Assembly (NCBI GenBank): GCA_964450385.1
Contig: CAYVEC010000002.1
Location: 1,262 to 65,261 of the forward strand
Direction of reading: 5' to 3'
Length of the DNA: 64,000 bases
From: an uncultured Planctomycetales bacterium
GTDB lineage: Bacteria > Omnitrophota > Gorgyraeia > Zapsychrales > JANLHA01
Shown: in pieces, positions 35,536 through 43,442 of the stretch
Position numbering within the stretch: position 1 is the first letter of the stretch
Layout: each line of letters begins with the position of its first letter
The notes under the pieces: model-generated
Databases searched by the model: none
Told to the model about the DNA's origin: nothing
What the model saw: only the letters and a program-made list of their open reading frames with translations
Program-made: the position numbers and the translations under genes

Positions 35536-38370
35536 TTAACACACACCCTTCTTCTCTCCGGCGACAACGGCCTCCGCGCACCGTTGACAGAGCCGTGGAT
35601 GGCCTGCCGCCGCGCCGAGAGGACGATAATTCCAGCAGCGGGCACATTTCTCACCATCGGCCCGGGCAATCACCACCCGCGTCTCGGGAAAGGCATCGCC
35701 GAGCCCGCGTTCCCCGCCGAGCGACATCCCTTCAACCTCAACCTGAGAAACGATGAAGACCGCCGGGAGGTCCTCAAGACGCTCTTTCAAATACGCCGCA
35801 TCCCCGGCACTCGCCGTCTGAATGATCACCTTGGCCTCAAGAGAACTGCCGATCAGGCCTTGGGCCCGGGCCTCTTCAAGGGCCTTCATCACGAACGGCC
35901 GCAACGCCACGAGCAGACGAAAATCATCTTCCACCGCGCCATGATCCCATGCCTCAGGCATCGCTTCCCACGCCAAAAGATGAACGCTTGGAGCACCGCG
36001 CGTCCCGCTGTCTTTCGGCATCGCCTGAAAGATCTCCTCCGCGGTAAAAACCAGGATCGGCGCAAGAAGACGGACCAAATAATTCACCATATAATAAAGA
36101 ACGGTCTGTGCCGAGCGTCTTGGGAGCGCTGCGGCCTGTGAAGTATACAAACGGTCTTTTAAGATGTCAAGATAAAAACTCGACAAATCCTCATTACAGA
36201 AGGCATAAATCACCTGATAGACCTGAGAAAAATCATACTGATTATAGGCGGTCTGGACCGCGGTCACAGCTCGATATAACCGATTCAGGGCCCACTGGTC
36301 AAGGGGCAGGAGTTTTTCATAATCCACGATATCGTGATCCGGCTTAAAATCGGACAAATTTCCCAAAAGATAACGAAAAGTGTTCCGTATTTTACGATAG
36401 GCGTCAATATCCCGGGCCACGATCTCTTTCGAAAGCCGGATATCTTCACTATAATTACTTGCCGCAACCCAGAGCCGCAGGATGTCAGCGCCGTATTGAC
36501 CTGTCATTTCATCAGGCCCGATCACGTTCCCAAGCGACTTGGACATTTTCCGGCCTTCGCCATCCACCACAAATCCATGGGTCAGTACGGATTTAAACGG
36601 CGCCTGGCCCGTCATCGCGACAGCCGGGATCAGTGATGACTGAAACCACCCCCGGTGTTGATCCGAGCCCTCCAGATAGAGGTCAGCCGGAAGGGATTCT
36701 CCGATCATCGGACCGACAACGGCACGGTGGCTCACCCCAGAATCGAACCAGACATCCAAGATGTCATAGGTTTTCTCAAAATCACGGCACCCTGTCTCAG
36801 GGCAGACAAAGCCTTCGGGCAAGATCTCCGCGAGGTCCTTCGTGAACCAGCTGTCACTCCCCTCCTCACGCGCGATCTCGGCAAAACGCTCAACGACCTC
36901 AGGGTACACCCGGTGCTCCCCATCTGAGCCCACGCATTTCAAGGCCGGGATGGGGACCCCCCAATGGCGCTGACGCGAGAGACACCAATCTGGCCGGCCG
37001 ATCACCATTCCCGTGATCCGTTCGCGCCCGGATGCCGGGATCCACGCCACCTCATCGCGGATCACCTCCTGAAGCCGTTTCCGGAGGCCATGATGATCGA
37101 TCTTCAGGAACCACTGTTTTGTCGCTCGGAAGATCACGGGTTTTTTACACCGCCAGCAATGGGGATAGGAATGCGCGATCTTTTCTGAGGCAAAAAGGAT
37201 CCCCCGCCGCTCTAGGTCTTCGACGATCATAGGATTCGCCTTAAACACATTGATCCCGGCGAAGGCCGCGGCGGTCTGATCAAAGCAGCCACGGTCATCG
37301 ACCGGCATTAAGATATCAAGATGATAATCCCGTCCGGCCTCGTAGTCCTCCTGCCCGTGTCCGGGCGCGGTATGAACGAGCCCGGTGCCGTCCTCGCGCG
37401 TCACGTGCTCCGCGGTGATGACACAACAATTCGTCTTGACGCCGAAGGGGTGCTCATAGCGCAGTCCTTTGAGTTCGACCCCGCGGAACGTGGCCGCGAT
37501 CCGGCCGGGCACGATCCCCTTCTTCGCGAGGACCCGCTCATGGAGCGTCTTCTCCACGACAAGGATCTCATCGCCGACGTCAACAAAGACATAATCAAAC
37601 TGCGGATGCACCGCCACCGCCACGTTCGCCAATAGGGTCCACGGGGTCGTTGTCCAGATCAGTAACGAAACCGGTTTGTCCGCTCCCACCGAAAGCATCT
37701 TCCCGCCCGGCTCCAGCCGGAACCGGACATACACCGACGGTGACGTGTGGTCTTCATACTCGACCTCGGCCTCGGCAAGGGCCGTCTCACAGTCGGCGCA
37801 CCAGTTCACGGGCTTCAATCCCCGGTAGACATATCCCTCTTTGACCAGGGAGGCAAAGGATTGGAGGATCCAATACTCGTATTCGGGCGTCAAGGTGAGA
37901 TATGGATTATCCCACATGGCAAAGACACCGAGACGTCGGAACTGCTCGCGCTGAACATCAACAAACCGCATGGCGTAGCCATGCGCCTCTTTTCGAAACT
38001 CGACGGAAGAGACCTCGGATTTGCGTTTCTTCATCTGCTTAAACAACTGATGCTCGATCGGCAGGCCGTGACAGTCCCAACCCGGGACATAAACGGCGTG
38101 ATGCCCCTGCATCGTTTTCATTTTCACAATGATATCTTTGAGGATCTTATTCAAGGCATGGCCTATGTGAATATTGCCGTTGGCATACGGCGGGCCGTCA
38201 TGCAGGACAAAGGGAGCCGCGCCTTGCGTCTTCTCGCAGATCCGGTCATAGAGCCGCTGACGGTCCCACTCGGCGAGCATCTCGGGCTCTTTCTGGGCCA
38301 ATCCCGCGCGCATCGAGAACGACGTCTCGGGCAAATTCAACGTGTGCTGATATTCATTCTGTGTACTCAT
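35536..38370 (-). CDS. ileS: isoleucyl-tRNA synthetase
   Basis: The 944-aa product has the HIGH motif 'NGNIHIGHALNK' and the KMSKS motif 'KMSKSLGNVI'. It has a C-terminal Cys4 zinc-binding motif. Confidence 0.95.
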   Translation of the reverse strand: MSTQNEYQHTLNLPETSFSMRAGLAQKEPEMLAEWDRQRLYDRICEKTQGAAPFVLHDGPPYANGNIHIGHALNKILKDIIVKMKTMQGHHAVYVPGWDCHGLPIEHQLFKQMKKRKSEVSSVEFRKEAHGYAMRFVDVQREQFRRLGVFAMWDNPYLTLTPEYEYWILQSFASLVKEGYVYRGLKPVNWCADCETALAEAEVEYEDHTSPSVYVRFRLEPGGKMLSVGADKPVSLLIWTTTPWTLLANVAVAVHPQFDYVFVDVGDEILVVEKTLHERVLAKKGIVPGRIAATFRGVELKGLRYEHPFGVKTNCCVITAEHVTREDGTGLVHTAPGHGQEDYEAGRDYHLDILMPVDDRGCFDQTAAAFAGINVFKANPMIVEDLERRGILFASEKIAHSYPHCWRCKKPVIFRATKQWFLKIDHHGLRKRLQEVIRDEVAWIPASGRERITGMVIGRPDWCLSRQRHWGVPIPALKCVGSDGEHRVYPEVVERFAEIAREEGSDSWFTKDLAEILPEGFVCPETGCRDFEKTYDILDVWFDSGVSHRAVVGPMIGESLPADLYLEGSDQHRGWFQSSLIPAVAMTGQAPFKSVLTHGFVVDGEGRKMSKSLGNVIGPDEMTGQYGADILRLWVAASNYSEDIRLSKEIVARDIDAYRKIRNTFRYLLGNLSDFKPDHDIVDYEKLLPLDQWALNRLYRAVTAVQTAYNQYDFSQVYQVIYAFCNEDLSSFYLDILKDRLYTSQAAALPRRSAQTVLYYMVNYLVRLLAPILVFTAEEIFQAMPKDSGTRGAPSVHLLAWEAMPEAWDHGAVEDDFRLLVALRPFVMKALEEARAQGLIGSSLEAKVIIQTASAGDAAYLKERLEDLPAVFIVSQVEVEGMSLGGERGLGDAFPETRVVIARADGEKCARCWNYRPLGAAAGHPRLCQRCAEAVVAGEKKGVC

Positions 38371-38398
38371 GCCGTGTCTCTACTTTCACGTTAGGCTG

Positions 38399-39256
38399 TC
38401 AGGCGACATACCGCCCGATCAAAACAGCCAGTTCCTTTTTCCGCTGATCCGGGATGCTCGCGGGATGCGTAATAAGGGCGTGCTGCAGCGCCCCGGCCGC
38501 GCTGAATTCCGTGAGCGCCCCGACCCGACGGATCGCGGCAGCCAAGAGCCGCTGCGCCCGCTCCACATTGCTCGTGAGCGTGGCCACGATCATCTCCACC
38601 GACACCGTCTCATGAGACTGATGCCAACAATCATAATCCGTGACCGCCGCGATCGTCGCATATGAGATCTCGGCCTCACGGGCCAATTTCGCCTCTGTCG
38701 CGTTCGTCATCCCGATGATATCGATCCCCTGCGACCGATACGACAGAGACTCCGCCCGGGTTGAGAACTGCGGACCCTCGATGCACACATACGTCCCTCC
38801 GTCGACCACGTGGATTCCGAGGTCTTCAGAGCAGCGCACGAGAACCGACCGGAGCTCAGGCGCGGTCGGATCGGCAAATGACACATGGGCAACGATCCCA
38901 TCGGTAAAAAAAGTATTCTCCCGCTTATACGTCCGGTCAATGAACTGATCCGGGAGGATAAAATCCGATGGATGAAGCCCCTCTTTCAGGCTCCCCACCG
39001 CCGAGACCGACAGGATCGCCTCCACGCCCAGCATTTTCATCCCAAAAATGTTGGCCCGATAATTGATCTCGCTCGGCGAATACCGATGCCCCTTCCCGTG
39101 ACGGGGCAGGAACACGGTCTTGATCCCGCCGATCTCGCCAATCACATAGGGGCCCGACGGGTCGCCAAAGGGGGTCTTAAGCGCAACCTCCTCATGAACC
39201 GTCATCCCCTCCATCTGATATAAACCGCTGCCGCCGATCACCCCAACGATCGCCAT
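38399..39256 (-). CDS. mtnP: S-methyl-5'-thioadenosine phosphorylase (PNP/MTAP family)
   Basis: The 285-aa product starts 'AIVGVIGGSGLY' and has the PNP fold. Confidence 0.78.
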   Translation of the reverse strand: MAIVGVIGGSGLYQMEGMTVHEEVALKTPFGDPSGPYVIGEIGGIKTVFLPRHGKGHRYSPSEINYRANIFGMKMLGVEAILSVSAVGSLKEGLHPSDFILPDQFIDRTYKRENTFFTDGIVAHVSFADPTAPELRSVLVRCSEDLGIHVVDGGTYVCIEGPQFSTRAESLSYRSQGIDIIGMTNATEAKLAREAEISYATIAAVTDYDCWHQSHETVSVEMIVATLTSNVERAQRLLAAAIRRVGALTEFSAAGALQHALITHPASIPDQRKKELAVLIGRYVA

Positions 39257-39276
39257 CGCCCCCTCCTTCGTGCCCG

Positions 39277-40068
39277 CTATCCCCTGGCCAACTCACGGCT
39301 CCGGACCTTGGCCGCCTTGACCGCTTCGGAAATCATCCCGCCCATGCGCGCCTTCACCAAGACGGCAATGGCGGCCTCGGTCGTGCCACCCTTTGATGTG
39401 ACCTTAATCCGCAATCCCTCCGGCGCATCATCAGCCGCGGCCAATTGATGAACACTGCCGAGCACTGTCTCATACACCAGCTTCCGCGCGAGCGGGGCCG
39501 AAAGTCCCGCAGCCCGTGCCGCCTTAATCAGACACTCAATGAAAAAAAAGACATACGCCGGACCGCTCCCCGACACCGCGGTGACCGCGTCCATCTCGCG
39601 CTCAGCCACATCAACGACGCTCCCGACGCCCGCCATCACGGTTCTCGCGATCTTCCGATGCGCGGCGGTAACGAAACGGCCGGCGGCGAGGGCGCTCACC
39701 CCTTCTCCGATCTGGGCCGGAAGATTCGGCATCACGCGGATCACAGGAACTCGCGGCCCTAAGGCACGCTCAATATAGCGGGTCGTCACGCCAGCGGCGA
39801 TCGAAACAACGAGCACCTTCTTTGTTTTCAAAAGGCAGGACTTCAACTGAGACAAAACCTGGTCCATCTGCTGCGGCTTTACCGCGAGCACAATCACCGG
39901 ACATCGCGCCACCGTCTCGACAAGGTCCGCGACACAAACCCGATACCGGCGTCTCAAGCGGGCCGCCTTAGCCCGGTTGACCTCAACAAGCCAGACCTCA
40001 TGCTCCTTCGCGATCCCTGCGATAATCGATGCCCCCATATTGCCGCCGCCAATCATCCCTATCTTCAT
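39277..40068 (-). CDS. proC: pyrroline-5-carboxylate reductase
   Basis: The 263-aa product has an N-terminal Rossmann 'IGMIGGGNMG'. Confidence 0.85.
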   Translation of the reverse strand: MKIGMIGGGNMGASIIAGIAKEHEVWLVEVNRAKAARLRRRYRVCVADLVETVARCPVIVLAVKPQQMDQVLSQLKSCLLKTKKVLVVSIAAGVTTRYIERALGPRVPVIRVMPNLPAQIGEGVSALAAGRFVTAAHRKIARTVMAGVGSVVDVAEREMDAVTAVSGSGPAYVFFFIECLIKAARAAGLSAPLARKLVYETVLGSVHQLAAADDAPEGLRIKVTSKGGTTEAAIAVLVKARMGGMISEAVKAAKVRSRELARG

Positions 40069-40077
40069 AACCGCTCC

Positions 40078-40812
40078 TCAGCTCGTTGACGAAAAAATCG
40101 CCGACCCGATCCGCACCATGGTCGCCCCGTGTTCGATCGCCAGGTCATAATCCTGCGTCATCCCCATGGACAAATGATCCATCGCAACGCTCGGATGCCC
40201 CGCGTAATCTTTTTTAAGCCGATCAAACATCTGCCTCATCCGCTCAAAACACCCCGCAATGACAGTGCGATCCTCCGTAAGCGGCCCAATCGTCATCAGC
40301 CCTCTGATCGTCAGACTCGCGAGCCCCGAGACGTCGCGCACCAGGGCCTCGAGCCCGTCGGGTGAAACCCCCGACTTCTGATCCTCGCCGGAAATATTCA
40401 CCTGGATCAAGACCGGCATCGGCCTGGCCTGAAGACGCGCCTGTTTATCGATCTCCCCTGCGACCCCGATCGAATCAACGGACTGGATCATGTCAAAACA
40501 GGCGATCGCCTGCTTAACCTTGTTGGTCTGAAGATGCCCGATCATATGACGCCGCGCCAAAACCCCGCGCGCCGCGAGGGCATCAAATTTTTCCCGGGCG
40601 TCCTGAACCCGGTTCTCCCCGATCTCCCTGATACCGGCCGCGACCGCCTCAGCCATCTGGTCGATCGTCGCATATTTTGTGACAGCGATCAGGGTCACGT
40701 CCTCAGGCGAACGCCCTGCCCGGCGGCACACCTCCGTGATTTTGGCCTCGAGCGCGCTGATCCGGTCTTTAATCATGGCAAATAAAGTATCATAAATAAA
40801 ATTTAACGTCAA
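40078..40812 (-). CDS. yggS: YggS-family PLP homeostasis protein
   Basis: The 244-aa product has the PLP-lysine motif 'LIAVTKY'. Its neighbour is proC, a conserved pairing. Confidence 0.8.
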   Translation of the reverse strand: MTLNFIYDTLFAMIKDRISALEAKITEVCRRAGRSPEDVTLIAVTKYATIDQMAEAVAAGIREIGENRVQDAREKFDALAARGVLARRHMIGHLQTNKVKQAIACFDMIQSVDSIGVAGEIDKQARLQARPMPVLIQVNISGEDQKSGVSPDGLEALVRDVSGLASLTIRGLMTIGPLTEDRTVIAGCFERMRQMFDRLKKDYAGHPSVAMDHLSMGMTQDYDLAIEHGATMVRIGSAIFSSTS

Positions 40813-41007
40813 CCTTATATAATATTAGGAATAAAAGTATGGATTATATCATAATTTCAAGGAGTTAACATGGCGTTGACCGCCTTTCAACCCGCGCGCC
40901 CGTTTGAGCACCTGGCATGTTCTAAAAGATGCCGAATTGTAAAAACATCTTAACTTGTTTAAAAATAAGATGTTACGATCTAATATCATGATAGACGCCG
41001 TGCTGGT

Positions 41008-41268
41008 CTAGCGCGTGTGACGAAAATAAACAAACAGTCGGCCGAAATTCTTGCTGTCCTTATCAATGCGGTGATATAAGGTCTTAATATGCCGCTGATC
41101 CAAAAAACGGAGAACCCTTTTTTTGAGCTGACCGCTGCCCTTGCCCGGAATGATCTCGACACAATCAATGCGTTTTTCAAGAGCCTCATGAAGAACCGCC
41201 TCGAGGCGCGCGTCGATCTCTCCCTCCCGATCATAAATCTCGTGAAGATCCAATTTAAGATGCGACAT
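41008..41268 (-). CDS. Smr-domain protein
   Basis: The product reads 'LDLHEIYDREGEIDARLEAVLHEALEKRIDCVEIIPGKGSGQLKKRV'. This matches the Smr 'LDLHG...IHGKG' pattern. Confidence 0.6.
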   Translation of the reverse strand: MSHLKLDLHEIYDREGEIDARLEAVLHEALEKRIDCVEIIPGKGSGQLKKRVLRFLDQRHIKTLYHRIDKDSKNFGRLFVYFRHTR

Positions 41269-41286
41269 CACGCCTCCGCGCCTGAC

Positions 41287-43437
41287 CTATTCCGCATTCG
41301 CCGCTCCCTCCGCGGCCGCCTCCGAACTCACGGCAGGAAAACGGATCGAGCGGATCACCTGCTGGTACACAGCCGCTACCGATTGACGGAAGATTGCCCC
41401 CTTCGTCGAACATTGAACAATGTAAAGCGGTCCATAGTCAAACTGCTTGAACACCGCAACGATGATGGCATCATCCGTCGATTGATTCAGCGCGATCATG
41501 ACCTTTACCGTTCGGCCCTGATGGATCGTCTGATCCCTCTCATCAACCACCGCGAGCCCCAGGGACCCGACGTACTGTTTAAAGATCTCATAGCCCTGCT
41601 CGATCGAGTACAGGGACATCGTCTCATCACGCGACATGATCACGCCCGCCTGCGGTCCGGCCGGGTCATGGGCCTGTTTCCAGTGCTCGAGCACGATCCC
41701 AGACGACTCCTCACGGATCTCCCATCCCCGAGGGAGATCGAACGAAATCCCCATCTCGAGGCTCTCATACCGCGGGGCCAAGGTCAATTCGATCCCCCCC
41801 TGGGCATATCCCCAATACACGGAAAACGACGCGAGTCCGACGAGCAGGATCCCGATCGCCATCATCACCCCGCCGCGCTCTCCAGGACGCTGATCATGGA
41901 CCATGGTATTCGCCAGCAGATCCCCCAGACGGCACCGATCCTGACGCAGGAGAAAGACTACGGCCTCCACGCCAAGCCCTGTCAAAAGAAAAACAATCCC
42001 GATATTCTCATGGACGTACCGGAGCACCCACTGATCGTTCACGATCAAAAAGGCGATCCACATCACAAGCGCGATAAAAAAGTTCCGTATCAGGTTCTCC
42101 CAGAACCGTCCCCGGCGGCCGAACTCATTCACGACAACCGTTCCGGCGAGATATTTCCCCAGGCTGTGGCCCCTCCAGAGGTCGCGGACAAAAAAGAGGA
42201 TCCCGAACCATATCAGCAGCATCTGTGTTCCAGCGAGCAGATCGATCCCCCACGCCACGCCCAGGGACACCGCCACGTCAAAAAGAAAGGCCCCGATGCG
42301 CTTGACGAGCGGCGGCCGTACATAATCCCATGCGAGCTCCTCCGGCCCGGGAACCGGCGCAGCCTCAGCCAAGACCGCGGCGTCAAGCCGAGGCCCCTCC
42401 GCAGGCAAAAGACGGGACTCTAAATCCTCAACATCATCCTTTTTGCCGAACCGAACAAAAATCACTGACAAAAGAATAAGGCCAAAAACAAAAAAACCAC
42501 CAGCGACAAGAAAGAGGACCTTGTTCTGTTTGACAACGGTCACAACCCAGTCGAGGCTGTCCTGATACCGTTCCACCGACGTCTTCTCGCGGAACGGGTC
42601 AGGCATCTCACGCTGGAGTTTTTCGATGAGCGACGCCGGGACATCAAACCCGTTCTCCTGGGCCTGATAGATCCCTCGCCAGGCCATATGATAATCCCCT
42701 TTCAAATAGTACGCCTGGGCCCGACGGGCATAGGCATAACCGTTCTTCGGGTCGGCCTTGATCACCGTTGTGTAGTCAAAAATCGCGGCATCCGCATCAT
42801 TATTCATCCGATAGGCGTCTGCCCGCGACAGAACCGGACTGAGGTCATTCGGGCTCAGCTTTATGGCCTCAGAATACATCTCTGCCGCCCGGGCATACTC
42901 CTTGAGCCCTTCATAGACAAGACCGAGATTTAACCAAACCTCGACGCGATCCGATCGAATAGCTAAGGCCCGTTCATAATCCGCCACGGCATCGCGGTAG
43001 CGCTTGAGCTGCCCGTTCGCATTCCCTCTCAGGAACCAGATCCGGCCGGAATCCGGTTTCAGCGCCGCGGCCTGAGTCAGGAGAGGCAGGGCCTCAAGAT
43101 ATCGTTCCTCACGAAGACAGGCCTGGGCCTTATCAAGCAGGGCCCGGACCGCGGCCTCGGACGGGCTCTCCCGCATCTTTTCCGCCTCGAGCTCCCGAAC
43201 GCGGGCCCGGACGCGCTCAAGGGTCTGAGGACCCATGCTCGTGTACCACACCTTAAGCGGCGCACCGTCACGTTCCACCCGAATATACTCATCCGTATAT
43301 TCAACGATCTCGCCCTCAATGATCTGCCCGTTCTTCAGGAGGATCTGCTCGGCGTGCGCCCCCACCGAAACAAGCGCCGCCATCAACACGACAATTCCCC
43401 CAACCCCTGCTATCCGCCACTCTCTTTTCATCTCCAC
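41287..43437 (-). CDS. multi-domain envelope protein with TPR repeats, an RDD-family membrane domain and a C-terminal periplasmic domain
   Basis: The 716-aa product has a signal peptide and at least 5 TPR units spanning about aa 100-260. A TM core carries RDD-type motifs 'GKYLAGTVVV' and 'RLGDLLANTMV'. The C-terminal region is soluble. Confidence 0.55.
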   Translation of the reverse strand: MEMKREWRIAGVGGIVVLMAALVSVGAHAEQILLKNGQIIEGEIVEYTDEYIRVERDGAPLKVWYTSMGPQTLERVRARVRELEAEKMRESPSEAAVRALLDKAQACLREERYLEALPLLTQAAALKPDSGRIWFLRGNANGQLKRYRDAVADYERALAIRSDRVEVWLNLGLVYEGLKEYARAAEMYSEAIKLSPNDLSPVLSRADAYRMNNDADAAIFDYTTVIKADPKNGYAYARRAQAYYLKGDYHMAWRGIYQAQENGFDVPASLIEKLQREMPDPFREKTSVERYQDSLDWVVTVVKQNKVLFLVAGGFFVFGLILLSVIFVRFGKKDDVEDLESRLLPAEGPRLDAAVLAEAAPVPGPEELAWDYVRPPLVKRIGAFLFDVAVSLGVAWGIDLLAGTQMLLIWFGILFFVRDLWRGHSLGKYLAGTVVVNEFGRRGRFWENLIRNFFIALVMWIAFLIVNDQWVLRYVHENIGIVFLLTGLGVEAVVFLLRQDRCRLGDLLANTMVHDQRPGERGGVMMAIGILLVGLASFSVYWGYAQGGIELTLAPRYESLEMGISFDLPRGWEIREESSGIVLEHWKQAHDPAGPQAGVIMSRDETMSLYSIEQGYEIFKQYVGSLGLAVVDERDQTIHQGRTVKVMIALNQSTDDAIIVAVFKQFDYGPLYIVQCSTKGAIFRQSVAAVYQQVIRSIRFPAVSSEAAAEGAANAE

Positions 43438-43442
43438 CCTCC

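Noticed and set aside
41089-42423. 444-aa plus-strand ORF antisense to the TPR-RDD gene
   Set aside because: It is a GC-driven shadow ORF. The sequence is Arg/Pro/His-rich low-complexity. It has no SD. It fully overlaps a gene with clear domain content.
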